Part shown: one piece after another, positions 28,640 through 40,810 of the stretch
Layout: each line of letters begins with the position of its first letter
Numbering within the stretch: the stretch's first letter is position 1
Assembly: GCF_963921235.1 (NCBI RefSeq)
Contig: NC_086108.1
Location: 84,012,001-84,076,000, forward strand
Length of the DNA stretch: 64,000 nt
From: Mobula hypostoma
Lineage: Eukaryota
Reading direction: 5' to 3'
The notes under the pieces: generated by a model
What the model was told of the DNA's origin: nothing
The model's input: only the letters and a program-made list of their open reading frames with translations
The model's database searches: none
Translations under genes and position numbers: made by a program

Positions 28640-29160
28640 TAAAAGGCGAATATAAAAGGAGGAGAATCCAATGTTGACAAAGATTTGTACAGAATGACTT
28701 AAAATGACAAAAATATCAAATTATTAAAGCTTAGGATTTAATATATGCAGACATTAGGAAATAAAATACATTAGGAACAATAACTTGTTTACCAATGTAA
28801 TATCCTGTTGGATCCAACAGGTTAATTCTTAAATTAGACTGTTCAACTATTATTTTCTTTGCCGTTTAACAAATAATTGTCTAATTGTATTTTATATAAT
28901 TACTTATATACATTATGCTTCCTAGTGGCCACAGTCGGTATGCGCAGCTGTTCAATGAGTTCCCGAGTGGTTATATTGGTATAATTCTGGAAAACTCTGG
29001 AAGCTTCTTTGTACTGCATTATTTGAATAAGTGCTTTCTCATTGGTTAACTCTTATCTACATATTTGAATGGAATTTTTTCCTTACTTATGGCTATGAAA
29101 TACTTGACTACAAAGCAGCACCACCTTAGTTCTTTTGTCTCTCTTTGTTTAGCAGATCTA

Positions 29161-30794
29161 CAGTTGAAGTCAGAAGTTTACATACACCTTAGCCAAATAC
29201 ATTTAAACTCAGTTTTTCACAATTCCTGAGATTTAATCCTAGAAAACATTCCCTGCCTTAGGTCAGTTAGGATCACTACTTTATTTTAAGAATGTGAAAT
29301 GTCAGAATAATAGCAGAGAGAATGATTTATTTCAGCTTTTATTCATTTCATCACTTTCCCAGTGGGTCAGAAGTTTACATACACTTTGTTAGTATTTGGC
29401 AGCATTGCCTTTAAATTGTTTTACTTGGGTCAAACGCTTTGGATGGCCTTCCACAAGCTTCTCACAGTAAGTTGCTGGAATTTTGTTCCATTCCTCCAAA
29501 CAGAACAAGTGTAACTGAGTCAGGTTTGTAGGCCACCTTGCTTGCACACACTTTTTCAGTTCTGCCCACAAATTTTTCTATCGGACTGAGGTCAGAAAAT
29601 TATGTCAAGTCTGTTTCATCCTTGGGAGCAATTTCCAAACGCCTGAAGGTACCACGTTCATCTGTACAAACAATAATATGCAAGTATAAACACCATGGGA
29701 CCTTGCAGCTGTCACACTGCTCAGGAAGGAGACGCAGTCTGTCTCCTAGAGATGAATGTACTGTGGTACGAAAAGTGCAAATCAATCCCAGAACAACAGC
29801 AAAGGACCTTGTGAAGATGCTGGAGGAAACAGGTAGACAAGTATCTATATCCACAGTAAAATGACTATATCAACATAACCTGAACGGCTGCTCAGCAAGG
29901 AAGAAGCCACTGCTCCAAAACCACCATAAAAAAGCCAGACTGCAGTTTGCAAGTGCACATGGGGACAAAGATCTTACTTTTTGGAGAAATGTCCTCTGGT
30001 CTGATGAAACAAAAATTGAACTGTTTGGCCATAATGACCATTGTTATGTTTGGACGAAAAAGGGTGAGGCTTGCAAGCTGAAGAACACCATCCCAACCGT
30101 GAAGCGTGGGGGTGGCAGCATCATGTTGTGGGGGCTTTGCTGCAGAAGGGACTGGGTGCACTACACAAAATAGATGGCATCATGAGGAAGGAAAATTATG
30201 TGGAATATATTGAAGCAACATTTCAAGACATCAGCCAGGAAGTTAAAGCTCGGTCGCAAATGGGTCTTCCAAATGGACAATGGACAAGCATACCTCTAAA
30301 ATTGTGGCAAAATTGCTTAAAGACAACAAAGTAAAGGTATTGGAGTGGCCATCAGAAAGCCCTGACCTCAATCTGATAGAAAATTTGTGGGCATAACTGA
30401 AAAAGCATGTGCGAGCAAGGAGGCCTACAAACCTGACCCAGTTACACCAGTCTGTCTGGAGGAATGGAACAAAATTTCAGCAACTTACTGTGAGAAGCTT
30501 GTGGAAGGCCATCCAAAACATTTGACCCAAGTTAAACAATTTAAAGGCAATGCTACCAAATACTAACAAAGTGTATGTAAACTTCTGACCCACTGGGAAA
30601 GTGATGAAAGGAATAAAAGCTGAAATAAATCATTCTCTCTGCTATTATTCTGACATTTCACATTCTTAAAATAAAGTAGTGATCCTAACTGACCTAAGAC
30701 AGGGAATGTTTTCTAGGATTAAATCTCAGGAATTGTGAAAAACTGAGTTTAAATGTATTTGGCTAAGGTGTATGTAAACTTCTGACTTCAACTG
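29161..30794 (+). mobile_element. Tc1/mariner DNA transposon, Sleeping Beauty (salmonid Tc1)-like, defective transposase
   Basis: TA|cagttgaagtcagaagtttacatacacctta ... acttctgacttcaactg|TA, with an inner direct repeat at about 29358-29388. Transposase remnants at 29606-30566: SSLGAISKRLKVPRSSVQTI, VLWSDETKIELFGHND, WPS.SPDLN.IENLW, ..KQFKGNATKY*, with stops and frameshifts. Confidence 0.95.
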
Positions 30795-32159
30795 TATATC
30801 ACTGTTTTTATTTCAATTTTTCTTTGCTTAATAAAACAATCAATTAATTTTACAATTAATCAATGCTTAATAGAACAACCATGAAAAGCTCTGTGCCTTT
30901 TTCCTGACTTCTGAAAGAACTTTGGCATAAAATATCTGAATCCAACAATCAACAGTAATATATGCATTAATGCAAATGAAGTCATTTAAACTGAGAGAAA
31001 CACAGATCAGCCTTAAAGGGCACTGAAGATATGGATCTCAGTTTAATTCAAAAGGGTTATGGTTTGTTGAGATGCGGGTCTTGTACAATTTTTAATTCTT
31101 ATTAAATTTCATCCCTTGTATGCATTCTCGAGCCACAGATGTCAGAGAGATGAGAGATTTCATTCATGGCACTGGTCATATGACACTGGTGCAAAAGGCA
31201 AAACTCAGATTACCAGATTCCGTAGTTCCATTAGTTCTCATTTCTAATTTTTTTCAATATTTAGAGTAATAAAGGAAGCAGATAATTAAAGTAAAATTGA
31301 TCTCTGTTTAACATAATTATAAGAGGGTGTCTAAATAACTTTTCAAATAACATCTGGGACTCCAAACTGGAACACATCTGACCAGCTATATTATTATAGA
31401 GAAAGAAAGCAAGCAAGAAGAGAAATAAAAAGAAACAACACACACTTATTAGTGACTTGTATGACCTCAGGATATCCTGAAATGCTTGCTGGTCAGTAAG
31501 GGATTATTTAAATATGGTTACTGTTTTCACAGCCGGTGTACCCACCAATAGCAACAATATAATTTTTATGTATGCTCCTCTGGAATATTTCTTTACCTAA
31601 GTGACAGATGTGTCTTCCACTACAATAGTTATTCAACTGCTAAAATAATTTATCCTGGACATAATACAAGGTGCATTACAAACATTGTTTTTTCCCTGTC
31701 TACCCGGAAGAAAAGAAAGTCAAAGGAATTAAGTTCTAAGTTTCTAAGATAGTGGTGCTCATTATCGACTTGAAGGAAGATCAGCAGAAACTTCTGCTCC
31801 TCAGATATTATCCATGCTGATAACAACTAGACCTTAAATTTAGCATGTCATTCAAAAGGTGATATATCCAATCTTCCAACACTCCCCTTTACTACACTAA
31901 AGTAAGAATCGTGCAATTGAAGCAAAACTAACACCAGATTTTCAGTGGGAAAGGATAGGGTCAAAAATGTATTTTTGATACTAATACTTACGTTGAACTG
32001 TACGGTTACAGTTTTTCAAAAAGGATGCTAAAATAGTTTCAATTGATTTATAACTTCATTTATATTTTCTTCCTCTCCTTTTGGAAGTCTGTACAAGCCC
32101 GTTCTATGCGTAGGTTAAATAGGAGTGCATTTCTCTCTTTGCTACTTCTATCAAAGCTG

Positions 32160-33783
32160 AACACAGTGGTGTTTCCAACATCGCTGCCTCTCTCCCAGAT
32201 GAGCTAAATCTTTTTTACTCTCGTTTCGATATCGCCAACATTGAGCCCCTGAGTAGAGCCACCCAAGTGACCTGCGCCATGGTCATCTCGGAGGCTGAAG
32301 TACGCAGGTGTTGTTTCCGACAAGTGGACAGTCGCAAGGTTGTGGGACCAGTCGGCATCCCAGGGTGGCAAAACTGGCAGCTGTGTTTACAGACATTTTT
32401 AATCTCTCCCTCTCCCAGTGTAGAGTGCCCACCTGCTTCAAAACATCCACCATTGTTCCTGTACCTAAAAAGACCAAGGTAACATGTCTGAACGACTGGC
32501 ATCCTGTCACACTCACCTCAATAATAAGCAAATGCTTTGAGAGAGTGTATCTGCAGCATGCTGCTACCCACACTGGAGCCCCTATAATTCACCTACCGAC
32601 ACAACCAATTGACAGATGATGCAACAGCTATAGCTCTACACACCATCATCACACATCTGGAGAAGAAGGATGCTTTTGTGAGAATGATGTTCTTGGACTA
32701 CAGTTCAGTATTCAATACCATAACTCCCTCCAGGCTCGACAAGAAGCTCAGGACTTCAGCCTTCACCCTGCCTTGTGTAGCTGGATCCTGGACTTCCCGA
32801 CAGATCGCCAGCAGGTGGTAAGAGTGGGATCCCTCACCTCTGCTCCTCTGATCCTCAACACAGGTGCCCCTCAGGGCTGTGTGCTAAGCCCCCTCCTTTA
32901 ATCTCTGTATACCCATAACTGTGTTGCCGCCCACAGCTCCAATCTGCTACTTAAATTCACTGATGATACTACATTGATTGGCCTAATCGCAAATTATAAT
33001 GAGGCAACCTACAGAGAAGAAGTCATCACCCTGACACAGTGGTGTCAAGAAAACAATGTCTCCCTCAATGTGGCAAAAACAAAGGAGCTGATTGTGGACT
33101 ACAGGAGGAATGGATCATGGGTTGAGAGGGTGAACAACTTCTAGTTCCTCGGCATACACATCACCGAGGATCTCACATGGTCTGTACATAATGCTGTGTG
33201 GTGAAAAAAGCACAACAGTGCCTCTTTCACCTCAGACGGTTGTAGAAGTTTGGTATGGGCCCCAATCTGGGCAGGATTGTATGGAAGACTGGCAGTGCCC
33301 ATGCAGCGTCTCCCTTCTCCGCGACACCGATGTTGTTCAAGGGAAGGGCAAGGGCCGATACAGCTTGGCACCAGTGTCGTCTCAGGAGTTGCTGGAACGA
33401 GGTTGAAGGCAATGTCGGACTGCCTTAGGGACTCCAGCTCCAGATTTATCCTCAGGGTTTACTCCTGAAGCCTTTCCCATGAAAGTGGGTATGGCTGCAA
33501 GGCAGCGGAGGTTTGAAATCAGAGTTTTCCCTCTCTTAGATAGACTGCCTTCCCAGGTTGACGAGCTCCATCTACCCAAAGCACTGGTTTTAAGGCGCCA
33601 AGACCCGCCTTCACCCCTTTGCCTGTCAGTAGAAACAGTTCTGCTGGGCTTAGAGGCTAAGACACACGAGAAGGCCAGGAGTTGAACTTGGTTGTCAGAG
33701 GCCATCTGAGGAGCCTCAAAAGATCTTAACTCCTCATGTATATGATGGATGTAAGTAATAAAGTCAATCTAATTCAATTCAAT
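32160..33783 (+). mobile_element. Rex1/Babar-type LINE (RT region), interrupted near its 3' end
   Basis: [66 protein letters not shown]; tail aataaagtcaatctaattcaattcaat. Confidence 0.88.
33275..33712 (-). mobile_element. RTE-related non-autonomous element nested in the Rex1-type LINE
   Basis: Reverse complement is homologous to 15170-15735 (for example aaaactctgatttcaaacctccgctg). Confidence 0.7.
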
Positions 33784-34779
33784 AATGCACCTCATTTGAG
33801 TGCTGATGAATTCATAAAATGGAATGGAGTGCTATGAGGAAACCTAATTCCAATTCATCATACCAGGAAATTACAATTATATGCCTACAAAAAAATTACC
33901 TATGGAAAATCACTCATTCAAAAATGCTGCAGTTCCAGGTAGCATTTAATTCCCTTTAAACTTATCCAAGTGTGGTTAAAATATGGACATCACTATCCAA
34001 GAGTCCCAAACTTGTAAAGAGATTCCAGTGGATAAGGCTATAAGCAGATCCCTTCACTGGACTATACTGGCAATCTGCCACGGAACTCTATGCCAGGGCA
34101 GAACCAGTATGGAACCCATGAGCCCATTTATTTTGGCAGAGGTGAAAAGGGTACAAAGAAATTAACCTACTTTTTAAAATTATCTAATCTGTGGTAATGC
34201 TTTCATTTAAATGTGCTTGTACAATTTTTCAAATTAGTTTTAAAATTATCTTATATTTCATAGTTTTTGATTTTTAATGAAAACCTGTTCAGACATGTGA
34301 CAGATAGCGGAGCTGGTTGAGGGTTCTTGTGGTCTAAGGCTTTCTCAGCAGTTTGGGAGAGGTTTATTTTTGCCTTCCCCATAACTCAATTAAATGCCAT
34401 ATAGGGTCTCGCTAACTCAGTCCAGAATACTTCTATCCAGCAAATTTGGTCTCACAAATTTGAACCAGGCAAGTAGTGGGTAGTGAAGAATTTGAGCCCC
34501 AAACTCCAGGCCAATACTTCTTTGTGCAGCTTATGATATTTGGTTTCATGGTCGGAAACCTTGAGAACTTTGGATGGAGGACAAAACATCACCTTTTTGT
34601 ATTGATTATCCTTGTTTGGATTCAGAGACTCTACACATAAGCTGAAATATGTATCATTTGACATTCAATGCAGGACCCTCAGTGATCACTAGGAGGTCAC
34701 TGGCATGGCCGAGATCTTTTCATTTACAAGTTAGAATGGAGGGATTCTATCATGATTAGAAATTATTGCTAAGCCACAG

Positions 34780-35030
34780 CAGATGTCGTGGTGCAGCAGT
34801 TAGCACTACCACTGCAAAACTGGTTCTGACTCTGACTCATGGAATTTGTTCTCCATGGGTGCTTTGGTTTTGTCCTACATCCCAAGGATGTTCCTGTAGA
34901 TTAACTGGTCATAGTAAATTATCCCGGGGTTTCCTTGGGGTAAGAGAGAGAATGACTGCACAGGGAGTGGGAGCAGATTGCGGGCACGTAAGAAGTTACA
35001 AGGCAATAGCCTAATCACACCCTTCCTATA
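34780..35030 (+). mobile_element. Degenerate tRNA-derived HE1/V-SINE-like element
   Basis: gtggtgcagcagttagc head plus gggtgctttggttttgtcctacatcccaaggatg V-domain-like core; similar copy at 40495-40810. Confidence 0.5.
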
Positions 35031-35164
35031 GCATGGCAAGCAAAACCACACTTAATACTTCAAGCCAGTCTAACCAAAATTTTATTTAACTGTAATATGA
35101 CTTTCTAGCATGGACAGAAGTGGGCATAAAGGGACCCAACTGTAATATAACTCCTAGCATGAAT

Positions 35165-36465
35165 AGAGAATTGAGGAGTATCCTTTTAGAATGGAGATGA
35201 GGAGGAACTTCTAGAGAATGGTGTATCTGTGAAATTGATTGTTGCAGGCAGCTGTGGAGGGCCAGTCTGTATATATATTTAAGGCAGAAGTTGATAGATT
35301 CTTGATTGGTCAGGGCACGAAGGGATATGGGGAGCAGGCTCAATGGGCCAAAGAGCCTAATTCTGCTCCTACGGCTAATTGTCTTAATGATTTTATAAAG
35401 GGGCCCAACTGTAATATGACTTTCTAGCATGGATAGTCATAGACTAGGCATAAAGAAGCCCTTGTCAGCATGACTGCCAGTGACCAGTACAGTTCTTTCT
35501 GCAAGGGTCAGTGTTTGGACCACAGTTTTTCACTTTATACATTCATGATCTGGATGAAGGAACTGATGGCTTTATGGCCAAGTCTGCAGACAATACCAAG
35601 TAGGTGGAGCAATATGCAGAGTTGCAGAAGCAGACAGTCTGCAGAGGGACTGGAACAGGTTGGGAGACTGGGTAAACAAGCGGTAAATGGAATGCAACAT
35701 AGGGAAGTGTGTGATTCTGCATTTTGATATAGAATAAAGATGTAGGCTATTTTCTAACGGGAGCGAATACTCAGAAATCAGAAGTGCAAAGGGACTTGGG
35801 AATCCATGATTTCAACTTGCAGGATGAGTTAGTCACATTGAAGGCAAATACACTATCAGCATTAATTTAAGAGGCCTAGAAAGTAAAAAGCATATGTGGT
35901 CTGGTGAGGCTTTATAAGGCACTGGTCAGGCACAGTATTTGGAATACTGTGAGCAATTTTGGGCCCCCTATCTAAGGACAGATGTGCTGGCCCTGTAAAG
36001 ATCAAGAGGAGGTGAACAAGAATGATCCTAGGAATTAAAGACATAATGAGTGAGGAGCATTTAATGGCTTTGGTCTTGTAGTCAATAAAGGATGAGAGGA
36101 GATCTCCTTGAGACCTAACAGTTACTGAAAGTCCTGGATAGAGTGTACATGGAGACAATGTCTCCATTCATAGGAATGTTTAAGATTCAAGAGCACAGAC
36201 TCGGAATTAAGGGACCTCCCTTTAAAACTGAAATGAAGAGGAACTTCTCCAGACAGAGGTGGGGGAATCTGGAATTCACTGTCACAGAGAGCTGTGGATG
36301 CTGAAACTCTGGGTGCATTTAAGGCAGAAGTTGATAGATGCTTGATTGGAAAGGGTTACTGGGAGAAACTGGGAGAATGGGGTTGGAAAGAATACCAGCC
36401 GTAATTGAATGGGAGGGCAAACCGGACGTGGCAAATGGCCTAATTCTGCACCTACATCTGATGGT
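35165..36465 (+). mobile_element. Degenerate CR1-type LINE fragments (35165-35380 and 35480-36465)
   Basis: RT-like segments and the 3' UTR motif ttaaggcagaagttgatagat, present twice. Confidence 0.7.
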
Positions 36466-36936
36466 TTCAATTCTTGTACCAATGATGTGGCATTTTAATA
36501 CCAGATTGAAATTCTGCTACAGATGGAAAGCTATGCATTTTTAATATTTCCTTACTGGGTATAATCACTACTATCCATAAGTTAACAGAAACATAGGAGT
36601 ACTATCGTCAGGAGTGTGGTGACTCAAGGATAAAGATATATAGAAGGGATACATAATAAAGGTGACTTTGGACATGCTACTCACATCCTAAAAATAGTTA
36701 AGAAATTAGCTCCTTTGCTCTTGTTTTTTTTTTCATTCTTCAACCCCCCTTCACAGTGCCTTTAGCTCTTACAAATAAATATCAAGACCCAAATTAAACT
36801 GAAATATTCTTGTCAAATTATACGTGGAGTGCTACCAGTTGTATATAAAGTAAAGCCTACAATTAGCTGAGCATTCTTAGATTATTTTGGGCACATTTGT
36901 TCTGGGAATACAAATGATTGATCAAATGGACAAACC

Positions 36937-37454
36937 ATAGAACACTACAGCACAGAAAACAGGCCATTCGGCCCTTCTAGTCTGTGCCGAAACTTTATTC
37001 TGCTAGTCCCATTGACCTGCATCCAGTCCATAACCCTCTAGACCTCTCCCATCCATGTATCTATCCAATTTATTCTTAAAACTTAAGAGTGAGCCCGCAT
37101 TTTCCACGTCAGATGGCAGCTCGTTCCACACTCCCAACACTCTCTGAGTGAAGAAGTTCCCCCTAAACCGTTCCCCTTTCACCCTAAAGCCACGACCTCT
37201 CATATGTATCTCTCCAAATCTAAGTGGAAAGAGCCTACTCGCATTTACTTTGTCTATACCCCTTATAATTTTGTAAACCTCTATCAAATCTCCCCTCATT
37301 CTTCTACGCTCCAAGGAATAAAGTCCTAATCTGTTCAATCTTTCCCTGTAACTCAACTCCTGAAGACCTGGCAACATCCTAGTAAATCTTCTCTGCACTC
37401 TTTCAATCTTACTGATATCCTTCCTATAGTTAGGTGACCAGAACTGCACACAAT
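36937..37454 (-). mobile_element. Young 5'-truncated CR1/HER1-type LINE
   Basis: Uninterrupted 148-aa ORF2 C-terminus (QFWSPNYRKDISKIERVQRRFTRML..YSLERRRMRGDLIEVYKI..FFTQRV..WNELP) plus 3' UTR. Confidence 0.92.
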
Positions 37455-37521
37455 AAGGGAGGAGGGAGAAACAGGGAGAAGGGTTCTGAAGTAGCAGGAA
37501 GAAGCAATGGTGAGTTCATGT

Positions 37522-37706
37522 AAAAGAGACCTAACACACGAACGAACATGCAATATCAAAAGAGAGCTAACAAACGAACAAACATGCAATATCAAAAGAG
37601 AGCTAACACATGAACAAATATGCAATATCAAAAGACAGCTAACACACGAACGAACATGCAATATCAAAAGAGAGCTAACACACGAACAAACATGCAATAT
37701 CAAAAG
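37522..37706. repeat. Minisatellite, about 5 x 36 bp (aaaagagagctaacacacgaacgaacatgcaatatc)
   Basis: Five slightly diverged units; these account for the 12-aa periodic ORFs on both strands. Confidence 0.95.
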
Positions 37707-40494
37707 CGGCTATAATTCACACAGGAGTAATGGATGGAATGTTGTAATAAAGAAGCTTCAGACACAGAGATAATTCCCACAGAGCTATAAATGTAACAGG
37801 AGACAGCTATCTTAAAACTGTGGCAAAATCTCAGAATAGGCAATGTAAAATTAAATGCACACTGAGGAGGTAATATTTTATGCAGTCACTAAAGAGGAAA
37901 ACCTATGCCAAGTTGGTTGCATAACAGTCCACAGAGAGTGCCATGGTTATACAAAAATGTGTAATGGCTTGGGAATGAAACTATTTTCCTGCAAGCATAA
38001 GTTTTTAATTAGTTCATTTGTGTTAAATAAACAATCTATTTACTGAATCCTTCAACCAATTGATGCTTTACATTGCTAAAAGTTTTATCGAACCAGGGTT
38101 TCTGATAATCGGAACAATCTATATACCTATTGTGAAAATTAACTTACATTTTAGTTGACATTTGTCTAGAAAATTGTGATTCCAGTCATTTAAATCAAAT
38201 AAGAAATGTGTTTTTGATGAGTTCCACAGCTGCAAGTATGTATTGATTTGGAGATTTTCATAATATAGCATGTTTAGCTATATTTTGAATGTGATATTAT
38301 GTTCATCTGGAAAAGAGATTTCAAAGAAAAATCTAGGAGTTAAATGAAGATCTTCAAATGGTACTGGAATTTTTGCCACTCTAGTGCTTGATCAGAGGGA
38401 TCGTTTTTAACTCTCTGCTTGAGGGAGAACATATAATACACTGATGCCAAACCTGACACCAAAAGGCAGCAGCAACAAAATTTGCTCTGTCAGTAACAAA
38501 CACTTTGTCTTTCAAAATTAAAAAGATTATATTTCTTTAGAATAAGTTTCTCCAAGTTGCAACTGACAGATATTTCATTGTGTATTTTTATGGACTGTAT
38601 GTTCTATCTACCAAGCCTTTGTACCTTTTACCTTAAATCTACTTGTTTAAAAATAGAATTAATTTCTCTTAACTGTCTTACTGATTTATTAGATTTATAG
38701 AATGACTGATTTTCTCATTTCTAATTTATTACTTTTGGCACTCCAAATAATTATCTCACTACCCACATTTTACATATGAACAATAGCAAGGTACTTTAAA
38801 AATAATCGACAATCACCTTCTATAACTAAATTACTAAAAATGTAGCCAATTGCATTCTATAAGACTGACCAATCACATTCCACAAATAAAAATAATATAG
38901 CCAACATGCCATTTTGTGGATGACTGAAGCTTTAACGCAGCATTCCTTCCAATGCCTGATGGAGTACTGGATCAACCTTGCACTCAAGAAAAAGAAAAAT
39001 GTACTGGTAGCAGTACACTGTGAACCTTGTCTTAATTTTAATCTTCAGCATAGCATGAAACTACATTAGAACTATTTCTGGGAACCATGGGATAAATTAC
39101 CTAGATATGATTATTATAAAAAAAATCACTCCAAAGAGTCTCATGAGAACTACTTAATTTTTAACCCAGAAAATGACCAATATTTTGGGAACTTCTGAAT
39201 AATTCACTTCGCAAACTAACTTTAAAAATGATCACCATTTAATAAATAAAATTGTATTTATTTTCTTTGATGTGGTCTCAAGTGATTGACTAAATGAGGA
39301 TTGGTAAAACCACAGCTCACAGTGTACAGTTACAGCCTTGCAGTTTCTGACCTTCAGGGAGCCTAAGAGTGATAGTCGCAGTAACTGTAATATACTCTCT
39401 GAATGAGGTACATCAAAGGATTTCAAAGGTAGAGTTGAAACTAAAAAGAATGACAATTTAGCATTCTCTAAGCACCTGTACGCTCTATTGGGTTAGAGAG
39501 GTTCATCATACAAGTCTGTTTTGTTTTTATGTTACTGTCTTTGATTTAAGATTACAGTCATGTAAGCCGTTCAAAGAAAGAATACTATGAAACTTCTAAA
39601 CCCTTTCAAGTGGTTGTAGCCCCCTTTTCTGGATCTTTTAGACATTGGTATTCAACTCATCAACAACAGTAGGTTTTTAAAATTTTTTTTAAATCCTGAA
39701 TTCTATAGAACTAACGAGTACTTTTTCTTTAGAGATATTGGATATTAGATTTAGAGGAAAGCAGACTTTTTCTCTTCTAAGATACTGCATTTATAAATAG
39801 CCAAGCTAACAGCTACATTATTTGTTTGTATTATAAATACCTTACAATTTCCCTGGTTTGAGACGGTGAGAAAATAGGTTTATGCATCCATCAACCTCTC
39901 TGTCACAATTGAGGGAAGAACATAATATTGTGCATATATCACTATATAAGGTAACTTGAGAAATCACACCAACTAAAATAGAGTATAAAGTATGCAGCAT
40001 AAATTGATCCGACAAGGATTTTTTTATTGCACGAATTCAAGTATTCACTGTTTAGTTTCTTATACTGGAAAAAGGAGTCACTTGCTAATGCAAGCTATTC
40101 TCCATAGAAATCTGAAAATGTGTATGGGCTATCTTATGCACTTTTATTTTTTGTGTGTGTTTATTATTATTATTATCATTTTTTACTTTATCTTTTGTGT
40201 TTTTTTGTACTGCAATGGATCCACAGTAACAAGTGTTTCATTCTCCTTACACTGTGTACAGGAAATGACATTAAACAATCTTGAAAAACTGATGTAATAG
40301 CTCTTCATTCTGCTTTTGCACATACATTTTTGGGGGTGGCTGTTGCCTACTAAGAGCGTATCTGCTTCCCTTTGTAATTAAGGGCAGCTTTTATTTGCCG
40401 AAGAGATTACCTAAAAATATTGGTAAAAATTAGTCATGGACAATAATGGGAAGCCACTAATTATTTTGTGTAAATGATAAAATAAATTAGGACA

Positions 40495-40810
40495 GAATAA
40501 TTGCACAGTAATTAGAGCTGGTGCCTCCAGTGACCATGTTCCATTGTTACATCAGGAACTGTCCGTAGAGAGTTTGTGCATTCTGATGTGGATTTGCTCT
40601 GGTGCTCCAATTTTCTCCCATACCTCAAAGTTGTGCAGGTTGGTAAGCCTACTCTAAATTTCCCCCTTTTTTTATAGGTAAATGGTAGAATCCAGGGTTA
40701 GTTTTTGGGAATGTAGGGGCCAGAGGTTACAAAAAAAAGTGGAGGAATGGCATTGTTCTGTGAGCTAACAAAGACTTGCTGAACTGTATGCCTTCCTCCT
40801 AAGTAATAAG
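40495..40810 (+). mobile_element. Degenerate HE1/V-SINE-like element
   Basis: gagtttgtgcattct..tggatttgctctggtgctccaattttctcccatacctcaaag core. Confidence 0.55.

Noticed and set aside
28804..28821. Perfect 18-bp palindrome cctgttggatccaacagg
   Set aside because: Isolated, with no extended hairpin or element boundaries that I could support.
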